A stretch of DNA of 64,000 bases from the IMG/VR virus record IMGVR_UViG_2558860226_000001, positions 36,780 to 100,779 of that record. One strand, 5' to 3'. The notes under the pieces are model-generated. The model did no database searches. It saw only the letters and a list, made by a program, of their open reading frames with translations, and had not been told where the DNA came from. This DNA is from a virus (taxonomy: Duplodnaviria; Caudoviricetes). Shown piece after piece: positions 10,470 to 18,193 of this stretch. Position numbers and translations under genes: made by a program. Numbering within the stretch: the first letter of the stretch is position 1; the number at the start of each line of letters is the position of its first letter.

Positions 10470-10849
10470 TCGATATCACCCTCAACGCCTTTGGCTCTTA
10501 GCTGCCGCTCTACTTCTGCTCGGATATCGACTCGCCAAAGGTCTCGGCTTTTCGGGAACCCCGACCCGTACACCCATGCGATCATGTCGCGGATTTCAAA
10601 TCCTGCGTCCTCAATACGCGCAGCCATTCGATGCTGTGTACGTGTACCAGCAAACGCTAGCAGGTGGCCGCCAGGCTTCAAAACGCGCAGACATTCAGCC
10701 CAGACATCAACGTCTGGCACATCGTAGTCCCATTTTTTACCCATGAATTTCAGGCCGTAAGGCGGGTCAGTAATGATGCTATCGACTGAGCTCTCTGGCA
10801 TTGTGCGCAGTACATCTAAACAGTCGGAGTTGTGCAATGTGTAGGTCAT
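10460..10849 (-). pseudogene. N-terminal half of beta-class N6/N4 DNA methyltransferase
   Basis: ITDPPY catalytic motif and RVLKPGG present; no DPF.GSG SAM-binding motif before stop. Confidence 0.75.
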
Positions 10850-11086
10850 GACAAAAACATCTCGCGTTCAGCGGCGTCAGTAAGCCAAGTGCTCTCCGCA
10901 TAGATCACGACGAAGATAGAAAAGGTTTTCTTGATGACGTTGACACACAGCCAGCACTTGTCAGCAAAAATCCGGAGTTAATCAGCGGTTCCGATTTATC
11001 GGATTATTTACGCAGAGAAAACAACAAAACAGTAATCAGCAGTCCAGCGCAGAAAACAAGAAATCCGGGCGCCATCAGATAGCCCG

Positions 11087-11311
11087 TCATTTTGATTTAC
11101 CCTCGCAATTGGCTTGCCAGCTACGATTATGAGCCAGAATGTCTTTTTTGGTCTGCGTATCGAGAACCTTGACATCATTGACTGTCAGATATATTGGCTT
11201 GACCCAGTTACATGACGTATCAACGACCACCGGAGCCGGGGCGTGTCCAGTTGTTGAGCAGCTCGTTATCGACAGCGCTATCAGAGAGGTGATTAATAGT
11301 TTCTTTAACAT
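11087..11311 (-). CDS. o-spanin (Rz1-like lipoprotein)
   Basis: Signal peptide with lipobox ITSC; overlaps i-spanin. Confidence 0.8.
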   Translation of the reverse strand: MLKKLLITSLIALSITSCSTTGHAPAPVVVDTSCNWVKPIYLTVNDVKVLDTQTKKDILAHNRSWQANCEGKSK

Positions 11312-11501
11312 CTGACGCCTCTTTCGTTACTTTAACTTGCCGTTCCGCGACAGTTTTTGTTGCCGTTATAACCGATTCCGATTCCGCCTTTCCCGCCGCT
11401 GACTTTGCCTCATTCTTGCCTTTTGAGTGGCCGAGACCGAACGCAGCGGCAATGGCAGCAATTACGGCAGCAATCGCAGTCAGTATCATGTCAATGCTCA
11501 T
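11220..11501 (-). CDS. i-spanin (Rz-like)
   Basis: N-terminal TM helix then helical periplasmic domain. Confidence 0.7.
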   Translation of the reverse strand: MSIDMILTAIAAVIAAIAAAFGLGHSKGKNEAKSAAGKAESESVITATKTVAERQVKVTKEASDVKETINHLSDSAVDNELLNNWTRPGSGGR

Positions 11502-11704
11502 GATTGCTGGCCCTGCTGAATGACGCGCCCAACGATACCGGCCACAGCCACTACAGCAGTGATGATGCTCATTGCGCCTGCCGGAATTGCCGTCTTGAAT
11601 TCGTCTGGCAATGAAACCCACATTGCAGGAATTGCGCCGGAAATAGCCAGGGCGTGCACGCTAAACCATCGCCACGCCTGTTTCCAGTCTTCGATTATTT
11701 TCAT
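11498..11704 (-). CDS. Small 2-TM holin-like protein
   Basis: WKQAWRWFSV followed by two hydrophobic helices. Confidence 0.65.
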   Translation of the reverse strand: MKIIEDWKQAWRWFSVHALAISGAIPAMWVSLPDEFKTAIPAGAMSIITAVVAVAGIVGRVIQQGQQS

Positions 11705-12183
11705 GCGACTACTCCGCCACTTTGTTTATAAACCACAATCAACGTATCGATAGAATGCTCGCGCTGGCCGTAACCCGCTCCCGGCAGTGACGCCCATATA
11801 TTGCAGCATTTGCCGATAGCCGACTGAATCCGTCCAGCGATAACATCATCCAATGCTTTCCGCTCTCGGATTAACTGTGTCGCCAAAGCGTCCTGCGAAT
11901 TAGGGCCAAAATCTGGCAGTTTTAACTGCGCCTTGTATGTCGGCCAGTAGCGGTAAAGTTGTTGATAGCGGCCAGAGGCCGTGGAGCGCTGCCCTTGTTT
12001 GTTGAAGATTTTTCCCGGACGACCATTAGCGAATGGATGATTTTGGTAGTCAGTAAATATCTCCGGTTTACCATCAATACCAGTAACAATGACATCGTAA
12101 CCGCGATTACGAGTGATCGGATGTGTTGAGGTTCCCTCGGAAAATGCCAGCACATCCAAAAACGCAGTCAGATTTTTATTCAC
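11701..12183 (-). CDS. Endolysin, lambda R-type transglycosylase
   Basis: AFSEGT, STASGRYQ, IWASLPGAGYGQ motifs. Confidence 0.95.
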   Translation of the reverse strand: MNKNLTAFLDVLAFSEGTSTHPITRNRGYDVIVTGIDGKPEIFTDYQNHPFANGRPGKIFNKQGQRSTASGRYQQLYRYWPTYKAQLKLPDFGPNSQDALATQLIRERKALDDVIAGRIQSAIGKCCNIWASLPGAGYGQREHSIDTLIVVYKQSGGVVA

Positions 12184-12190
12184 GCTTACC

Positions 12191-12499
12191 TCAAAAACGA
12201 ATATCGCTACTATTACGCAACTCAGCGTAATTACGCTGAACAGACTGAGAGCGCTGCTGCTCAGACGGGACTATCACTGTCACGTTGGGCTGGTTTTGCT
12301 GCGTCGTCAATTTTGCGTTTTCCGATGAAAGCCTGGAATTTTGCATATTTGCCGCCGTCAATCGTCGAGTCATCGCTGATGACTCTTGCCCGATTTGATA
12401 CCCGCAAAATGCGGTCAGCGCGATAAATAACAGCGGCATAAATCTGATGCTGTATTTACCAAAAATTTTGATGTCATTGTTTCCGACCATCGTCATCAC
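12191..12499 (-). CDS. Single-TM lysis-region protein
   Basis: One hydrophobic helix plus coiled segment. Confidence 0.45.
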   Translation of the reverse strand: MMTMVGNNDIKIFGKYSIRFMPLLFIALTAFCGYQIGQESSAMTRRLTAANMQNSRLSSENAKLTTQQNQPNVTVIVPSEQQRSQSVQRNYAELRNSSDIRF

Positions 12500-12776
12500 C
12501 GTTAATGTTCACACCGGGCGGATTTATTCGCCGGATAATCGATGCCCCATGCCACCCAGCCAACCCGCAACACATACCAACCAAAGGCAAGCTCCAGCCT
12601 TGCTGAATGCCGAGCAAATACATCATTGCCCCAGCAAACGCTGAAATAACTATGTGATTTCGAATCGGAACATTTTTTGATGATGTGTATGCATATTTGG
12701 CTACAGACCCTATCAGGGTCATAGCGGCAGCGATCAGGGCAGCAATGAGTTGCTGTCCATCGTACATGTGCTCCAC
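12474..12776 (-). CDS. Holin (3 TM)
   Basis: Three hydrophobic segments; first gene after late promoter. Confidence 0.7.
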   Translation of the reverse strand: MEHMYDGQQLIAALIAAAMTLIGSVAKYAYTSSKNVPIRNHIVISAFAGAMMYLLGIQQGWSLPLVGMCCGLAGWHGASIIRRINPPGVNINGDDDGRKQ

Positions 12777-12818
12777 CCGTTAGGCGGCCAGAGAATTAGC
12801 GCCCGTGGAGCGCGGAAA

Positions 12819-12849
12819 TAAAAAACCCCAGCAATTGAGCTGGGGTTTG
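12819..12849 (-). terminator. tR'-like terminator upstream of lysis genes
   Basis: AAACCCCAGC...GCTGGGGTTT hairpin followed by T-run on minus strand. Confidence 0.6.
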
Positions 12850-12916
12850 AATTCTTTTTATTGCTACAAATAAATCCAGTACAATAACAACACGCAATTT
12901 CCGCATTGTTGTGCTT

Positions 12917-12944
12917 ATATTAACCAAATCTATTCAGGTGTCAA
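12917..12944 (-). promoter_or_regulatory. Probable late promoter pR'
   Basis: TTGACA-16 nt-TAATAT on minus strand just upstream of tR'. Confidence 0.5.
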
Positions 12945-12954
12945 TATATACAAA

Positions 12955-12977
12955 ATAAAAACCCCGCTGGAGCGGCG
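12955..12977 (-). terminator. Terminator after small acidic ORF
   Basis: CCGCTCCAGCGG hairpin followed by T-rich tail. Confidence 0.55.
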
Positions 12978-12997
12978 TGTACTGGGTTGTCATGGGT

Positions 12998-13179
12998 TTA
13001 TATGTTTTCTTCATCCAGAATCTCAACGATTTTCCCAGTTTTTTCTATCGGATTGCCATTCTCATCGCGCAAGTGGACATTAAGAGTCTCTCCGATAAAA
13101 TCATTCAGGTCGCCGTCGATTGTGTCTTCATTAACTGTACCAACGGTGTCATCATCCAGCAAAACTGTCCATTTTTCAT
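12998..13179 (-). CDS. Small acidic protein (~60 aa), candidate anti-CRISPR/anti-defence; 1-nt frameshift in A5 run after ATG
   Basis: SD-like AAGGG + ATG; adding one A gives MKKWTVLLDDDTVGTVNEDTIDGDLNDFIGETLNVHLRDENGNPIEKTGKIVEILDEENI; own promoter with Aca-type operator. Confidence 0.6.
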
Positions 13180-13231
13180 GATGTAGCCCTTATTTGTGAT
13201 TGAATGTGTGTCGCTTCGTCTTGATGGCTTC

Positions 13232-13260
13232 AATATAACCCCTTAATGGTTATGTGTCAA
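13232..13260 (-). promoter_or_regulatory. Sigma70 promoter with ATAACC-N7-GGTTAT operator (second copy)
   Basis: TTGACA-17-TATATT; inverted repeat 13235-13253. Confidence 0.8.
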
Positions 13261-13272
13261 CGTGCGGATGGT

Positions 13273-13455
13273 TTATTTTGTGACGGGTATCTCTCTTCTG
13301 ACGGTGCAGAGGAATGCCCTTCCATCATCGTCGATGTGGACTATCGTTTCAGACGATAGCCACTTTGTGATTTTTTGTGGTGGAACACCCATGTGGCGAG
13401 CGAATTCTGCCCGGCTACCGCCAAAATTCTGATCGATGTAATCGGCTAATTTCAT
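13273..13455 (-). CDS. aca5: Anti-CRISPR-associated HTH repressor, Aca5-like
   Basis: YIDQNFGGSRAEFARHMGV..KW...VRREIP resembles Aca5 as recalled; directly downstream of acrIF11-like gene. Confidence 0.8.
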   Translation of the reverse strand: MKLADYIDQNFGGSRAEFARHMGVPPQKITKWLSSETIVHIDDDGRAFLCTVRREIPVTK

Positions 13456-13456
13456 A

Positions 13457-13954
13457 TTATTCTGCCGTTATTTTTGGGTTAACGATTAAATAACTGGTGC
13501 CGTGCTCGTCTCTCATTTCTACAGCATCAAAACCAAGGTGCGCCGCAACGCGACCGCGTAGGCGTTGAATTTCCCACGAATATGCACCCCCGATATCAGA
13601 TCCGAGCCGAGGAAATAACAATACATCAGCAAATTCATCATCTTGATTTTCGTCATCAACTATTGCGCGGGCTAATTCATTAACTCTATCCATGTTTTCA
13701 GAATTAATTTCATATTGATCGAGCAGAAATCTTACTATCTCCTCAAAATTGGCATCCAAGTCGCGTGATTCAGCCACCCTTTCTTCATCAACAATATATG
13801 TAAAAATGTTACCGTTTCCGTGGGATGCCGCTGCGTCCCAGTCGCCGCTGGCAAAGATGCCATCAAATACGTTTTCGCTAGCACCGAGCATTTCGAATGC
13901 GCCAACTTTTATTGCTGGAGCTACGGTACTGCATGAGCCGTGAAACAGTTTCAT
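13457..13954 (-). CDS. acrIF11: AcrIF11-family anti-CRISPR ADP-ribosyltransferase
   Basis: MKLFHGS, F.G.F, ASHG, WEIQRLRG, AVEM.DEHGT motifs match AcrIF11 as recalled. Confidence 0.85.
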   Translation of the reverse strand: MKLFHGSCSTVAPAIKVGAFEMLGASENVFDGIFASGDWDAAASHGNGNIFTYIVDEERVAESRDLDANFEEIVRFLLDQYEINSENMDRVNELARAIVDDENQDDEFADVLLFPRLGSDIGGAYSWEIQRLRGRVAAHLGFDAVEMRDEHGTSYLIVNPKITAE

Positions 13955-13986
13955 TTTTTGGGCCTCAACCTCGTTTTGATGGCCTA

Positions 13987-14015
13987 ACTATAACCACTTT
14001 ATGGTTATACATCAA
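13987..14015 (-). promoter_or_regulatory. acr promoter with ATAACC-N7-GGTTAT operator
   Basis: TTGATG-17-TATAGT; inverted repeat 13990-14008. Confidence 0.8.
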
Positions 14016-14112
14016 GATGGCGGACGAATTATTTTTCTCTGCGCATTCAGCCAATTCGATTAGCGCCCAACCATGTGAGCGCTATGTGAGCACGCATCGA
14101 CTTCAAGGCGAA

Positions 14113-14925
14113 TTAACTGGTAACGCGCCTCAAATTAATCTCTGCAGTTGATTCCGCCTGATGACACGCCGAAACGAGCCGCTCATACATCGGTTTTACA
14201 TGGCGTGACCATGTCGGCTGTGATATCTCAACGCCAGCGGCACATAGCGCCCTGCGGACGCTCTCAGCTGGCAATCGAGAGTATCCAGTGCCGTGGCACC
14301 GCTCACATTCTTTTGTCACCGGTATTCCGCCATTTATCGCTGTAGCCCGCTCATCAATCACAATTCCGCGTCCACGGCACCGGCATGAATTACTGACCAA
14401 CCCCCTTCCTTTGCAGGTCGGGCATTGCACACGGACTATCTCGCGCCGTTCGTGAGTAACATTGCAAGCTAGCGGTTTATCCAGCATTTCGATTTTCGGC
14501 ATAGCATCAATGACGCGTTTTCCATACGCCGCCTTCAGACTGAACACCTCCACGTCGATAAACCCATCATCGCAGTCAGGGCAACGCTTTACGCTTGCAG
14601 CACTACGCGCATAGTCATGATATGCAAATGTTGCGAGCAATTGCAGCGCTCGCAGTTTACTATCTGCATCGAGTTCTGAAAGAGGTTTGCAGTGTCCCGC
14701 CAGACTTTTTGCAATCTCTATCAACCCCTCAATGGCTTTATCAGGGCTGCTTACCCCGATTTTAGCGAGAAACAAATCCATCCCAATGCCGCTAGATTGG
14801 TGACTCATGCCGATAGCGGCCATCACATCACTGATACCTAATCTGTCGCTTGCTGTTGCCGGTGATTCGTCGGAGAGTTTTGGTGATTTCGGCGAGAAAA
14901 ATTTAGGAATTGATTCTAGATTCAC
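14113..14925 (-). CDS. Late antiterminator Q (lambda type)
   Basis: NLESIPKFFSPKS, YHDYARSAAS, repeated CxxCxG zinc motifs. Confidence 0.85.
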   Translation of the reverse strand: MNLESIPKFFSPKSPKLSDESPATASDRLGISDVMAAIGMSHQSSGIGMDLFLAKIGVSSPDKAIEGLIEIAKSLAGHCKPLSELDADSKLRALQLLATFAYHDYARSAASVKRCPDCDDGFIDVEVFSLKAAYGKRVIDAMPKIEMLDKPLACNVTHERREIVRVQCPTCKGRGLVSNSCRCRGRGIVIDERATAINGGIPVTKECERCHGTGYSRLPAESVRRALCAAGVEISQPTWSRHVKPMYERLVSACHQAESTAEINLRRVTS

Positions 14926-15193
14926 TTGGATTTCCTCCGCTCTGGATATGCATCCCATGACTGATAATGCGCCGGTTTAACCGCCGGAATTATTGGTGCA
15001 AACAAAGTCAGAATGTAAGGAAGATATTTCATGATTTATCACCCTTGTTCAGTGAGTATCGATTGATAATTTCCCGGCGGCGCTCATTTTTCCACTCAAT
15101 CGACTTTTCATGATCGGATATTTCTTTTTCCAGTCTAAGTAATTCCGCTGTCACATGCGTAGGGATTTTATCGATCATAATCCACCTCGGTAT

Positions 15194-15382
15194 TCACAGT
15201 TCCGAATCTATCTTGCCGTGTTGTGTATATTTTTTTTTGCGCAAGCGCTCTCTTGTTGTGCTCATCTCCTGACTGACTCGCATAGTGCCGTCTCTTTTTT
15301 GAATGACACAGTGATGATGCTTTTCAGTTGCACGCAGGTATCGCGCTTCTTCTATTGCCGCGTTGATATTTGTAAACATCAT
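15194..15382 (-). CDS. nin-region hypothetical protein
   Basis: Coupled ORF; FTNINAAIEEARYL. Confidence 0.5.
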   Translation of the reverse strand: MMFTNINAAIEEARYLRATEKHHHCVIQKRDGTMRVSQEMSTTRERLRKKKYTQHGKIDSEL

Positions 15383-15606
15383 GCTGCCTCCCTGTTAGCC
15401 TGCATTGCATTCAGATATAGGCCGTTAAAGCTGTATCTTATGCCATCCCAAATATTTTCCAGCGTAGCATATGGGAAATAACTCAAATAAAAATTCTCTG
15501 CTTTGTCTATTTCATTAAACAAGTCACTGCGGCTTTGTGCCCTGATAATGAAAATGACATCTTGAAATATCGCTGCCGTTTCGCATGGGTAAATTATTTT
15601 GGTCAT
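15379..15606 (-). CDS. nin-region hypothetical protein
   Basis: ATGA-coupled ORF. Confidence 0.5.
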   Translation of the reverse strand: MTKIIYPCETAAIFQDVIFIIRAQSRSDLFNEIDKAENFYLSYFPYATLENIWDGIRYSFNGLYLNAMQANREAA

Positions 15607-15965
15607 ACCTTCCCCAATTCAATAATGACGATATCCAAACTGCCGCCTTTAACTTGATCGCCACGCCTTACTCTGAAATCATCTATCTGTTCATCATCCA
15701 GCATGAATCCGGCGTGCGTGAGCGAATCAAAAACCGCCTTTTGCAGGTTATCGAGGTCACGTCTTCGCTTGTCTGGAGCGCTGGCGATGATGGAAATTTT
15801 CAGTCTTGCGGGAGTATTGATATCGAGGTTTTGTTGCTGGATTATCTGGATGATTCTTTGACGGTATTCTTTGCCTTTCTCGCTGATATAGTGCCCGTGT
15901 CGTGCGTGTCGCCAGTATGTGTTTAGGCTTGGTGGCCACGGCAATTTGAGGTGATATTCAGTCAT
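15603..15965 (-). CDS. rusA: Holliday junction resolvase RusA
   Basis: LPWPPSLNTYWR, RRRDLDNLQK, DDEQI. Confidence 0.95.
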   Translation of the reverse strand: MTEYHLKLPWPPSLNTYWRHARHGHYISEKGKEYRQRIIQIIQQQNLDINTPARLKISIIASAPDKRRRDLDNLQKAVFDSLTHAGFMLDDEQIDDFRVRRGDQVKGGSLDIVIIELGKV

Positions 15966-15968
15966 CGC

Positions 15969-16457
15969 TTAATCTCCGGCATAGAATTCACCATGATTTT
16001 CTTTGCAAAATGATATGTAGGCATTTTTTGCATCTGATAATTCATTAAAAAGGCCAAGATAATATCTTTTCCCATTTAGTCCGGCCTGAGCTTGCCATTT
16101 ACTTGTTCGCTTATTCCACACAACCCCTTTAACTCCTGATGTGTTGTTTGATGGAACTGCTCTATTCATTTGATTTTCCGACTTGCTGCATTCCCTTAAA
16201 TTATTTAATGAGTTGTTATCTTTGTTTCTATCCAAGTGGTCTAAGTTTGAAGGCCAATACTTATGCTTGTAAAACCAGGCGAGACGATGCGCAAGGTGCA
16301 ATTCTCCAAATAATTTAATCATGCGATAACCTAGGTTGTTTATATATCCGGCCTCGTCACCTTTTTTAACGCCACCCGTTCTATCCACATTCCATGTGAA
16401 AATTCCTGTAGATTCATCGTAATTAATCAACTCAATTAGTTGTCGATGACTTAGCAT
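15969..16457 (-). CDS. HNH homing endonuclease with AP2-like C-terminal domain
   Basis: AHRLAW, DHLDRNKDNN..NLR, NNTSGVKGV..KWQA. Confidence 0.9.
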   Translation of the reverse strand: MLSHRQLIELINYDESTGIFTWNVDRTGGVKKGDEAGYINNLGYRMIKLFGELHLAHRLAWFYKHKYWPSNLDHLDRNKDNNSLNNLRECSKSENQMNRAVPSNNTSGVKGVVWNKRTSKWQAQAGLNGKRYYLGLFNELSDAKNAYISFCKENHGEFYAGD

Positions 16458-16741
16458 TTGATCTTTCCCTCCGCCAGTAACACGGCCTGCGTCCTGATTA
16501 CACCCTCAAGGTGTGCCAGATGTGCGCTATCTGCGTCTGTGAGGCGTGTACGGCGGTCTATCTCGTCATGGCACGACGAGCATGTCCACGCGCCGAAAAG
16601 GTCATCAGGCTTCATTCCTGTGCCGCAAATGCCAGACATTCGGTAATGCGCCAGCACCACGGTTTCAGCATTGCCGTTACAAATGCCCTGAAGCCTGACC
16701 TGACACTCGCGGCCTCTGGCCTCTTTGCGTAAATTAGCCAT
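16451..16741 (-). CDS. YbcO/DUF1364 HNH-like protein
   Basis: LRKEARGRECQVR..C..ETVVLAH..KPDD..CSSCHD. Confidence 0.85.
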   Translation of the reverse strand: MANLRKEARGRECQVRLQGICNGNAETVVLAHYRMSGICGTGMKPDDLFGAWTCSSCHDEIDRRTRLTDADSAHLAHLEGVIRTQAVLLAEGKIKC

Positions 16742-17024
16742 TCATTAGCTCCTTTTCTCTCTCGTCTTCGTGAGTGAAGTCGTCGCCGTCAATGGGCATG
16801 AGCCATGCGCCGGGGCATTTGCAGTTTTGCCCCGGCTGAATAATTCCCTTTACTCCGTAAAGCGGTGAGTTAGTGGAATTGACGCGCCAAATGTCATTTC
16901 TGTTTTTGTGCGGGCCATAATCTACGGCACCCAAAAACTCAAACAGGTTTACAACCCTGCCAATGTTTTCGTGATTTATACTGTAAACAATAATAGCCAT
17001 CCCTCCAATTCTTAATTCAGCCAT
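16734..17024 (-). CDS. nin-region hypothetical protein
   Basis: Coupled ORF ending WLMPIDGDDF. Confidence 0.55.
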   Translation of the reverse strand: MAELRIGGMAIIVYSINHENIGRVVNLFEFLGAVDYGPHKNRNDIWRVNSTNSPLYGVKGIIQPGQNCKCPGAWLMPIDGDDFTHEDEREKELMNG

Positions 17025-17193
17025 TATTTTCCTCCCGCACTATATCCATCACATCACCGCCCAATAATTCATCCGTGCATTTTTCGCACGCATAAACCTC
17101 ATTTTCCTTCAGACCGCCACCGCATTGAATGCAATATCCTGCACGCTCTATGCACTGTCGCTGATAGTCAGTTATTTGATTCTGAGTTAGCAT
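17017..17193 (-). CDS. NinF-like zinc-finger protein
   Basis: YQRQCIERA.YCxxC...EVYACxxC. Confidence 0.7.
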   Translation of the reverse strand: MLTQNQITDYQRQCIERAGYCIQCGGGLKENEVYACEKCTDELLGGDVMDIVREENNG

Positions 17194-17479
17194 TATATTT
17201 CTCCGGGTTCTCATCAATCCACATCAGGAATAGCAGGCAGCAAATGGCATGAGCTAAATGTGGCAATCCGCTCTCATCATCCAGTCGCTCACCATCCCAC
17301 CATGCTGTTATATGCCGTATGCTGGCATCAAAATAGCGACGACGAGCATCAGGAACGGTTTTCCAATTATCAATAGCGTATTTCTTTGCTCCGAATTCCA
17401 GAACATCCACAACGCTCTTTATTGCACCTAATGGCAGTAGACTAAATCGCCATTTACCGACATCGTTTTTTGTCGTCAT
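17168..17479 (-). CDS. dATP/dGTP diphosphohydrolase-domain protein (DUF5664-like)
   Basis: K.D.GK.R.SLLP, FGAKKYA.DNW, D.ESGLPHLAHA. Confidence 0.8.
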   Translation of the reverse strand: MTTKNDVGKWRFSLLPLGAIKSVVDVLEFGAKKYAIDNWKTVPDARRRYFDASIRHITAWWDGERLDDESGLPHLAHAICCLLFLMWIDENPEKYNANSESNN

Positions 17480-17646
17480 CGCGTAATCCTGTTTCTGGTT
17501 CTGTCCCACATAGCCTTTTTGAGTCCGTAGACATAATCGAATGTCTGGACTTCACTAGCTGGCGGGATTTTCTTGGGTTTATTTCGACTGCTGCGGGTGG
17601 GTCTGAATATACAATTGTCACAAACTACTTGGGTTGGGCTTCTCAT
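17476..17646 (-). CDS. NinE-like protein
   Basis: RSPTQ...IFRPT.R..KPKKIPPASEVQTFDYV. Confidence 0.75.
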   Translation of the reverse strand: MRSPTQVVCDNCIFRPTRSSRNKPKKIPPASEVQTFDYVYGLKKAMWDRTRNRITR

Positions 17647-18091
17647 CACCCTCACCTCCTGAGCGTTGCGCCCATTCATACTCGCGTCGAGATTCATCGC
17701 TCCATTTGACACTCCTCTCAGAGCCAAACCAAAATATGATTTCTATCAACTCTGTCATGCTGGCCTTGCGCATCTTGCTTGTGCGAACGCCGAACAGCAC
17801 AACACCGCCATCGATACCCGGCGCACTGCGTTGCTCCTGACGTTTCGTTTTCAGCCATAGCGCTGTGAAAATGTCCTTCCAGTCGCTTTCGTCATACCGC
17901 TTACCATGCCAAAGAACTTGCCGTGAAACGTCCTGCAGCATCGGCCACATGCGGTCGTTTTGCGCTTTACTTCGCTTGGGTTCTTTGACGTGAATTTCGT
18001 GCGGTGATTTGTCGTCAATTGGTAATGCGAGGATGGTGTCTATTGCGTTATTTCTGATCGCTTCATTGCGAAGCAGGTAGGTTTGCTTCAC
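17618..18091 (-). CDS. ninB: NinB/Orf recombination protein
   Basis: KRSKAQN..MW.ML.DVSRQV.WHG, RTSKM. Confidence 0.9.
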   Translation of the reverse strand: MKQTYLLRNEAIRNNAIDTILALPIDDKSPHEIHVKEPKRSKAQNDRMWPMLQDVSRQVLWHGKRYDESDWKDIFTALWLKTKRQEQRSAPGIDGGVVLFGVRTSKMRKASMTELIEIIFWFGSERSVKWSDESRREYEWAQRSGGEGDEKPNPSSL

Positions 18092-18193
18092 TGTTTATTC
18101 CTATATTTCGTGATTACGAATCAGGGTGAGTAAAATACAGCAGCGCAATAACAAAAATTGCACTGATTGCTATTTCAAAAAATTCTATAAATT

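Noticed and set aside
12955-12982. Resemblance of GTACACGCCGCTCCAGCGGGG to the type I-E CRISPR repeat (possible RNA anti-CRISPR)
   Set aside because: The ATAAACC 3' handle is replaced by a T-run and the stem has a mismatch; position and form fit an ordinary terminator.
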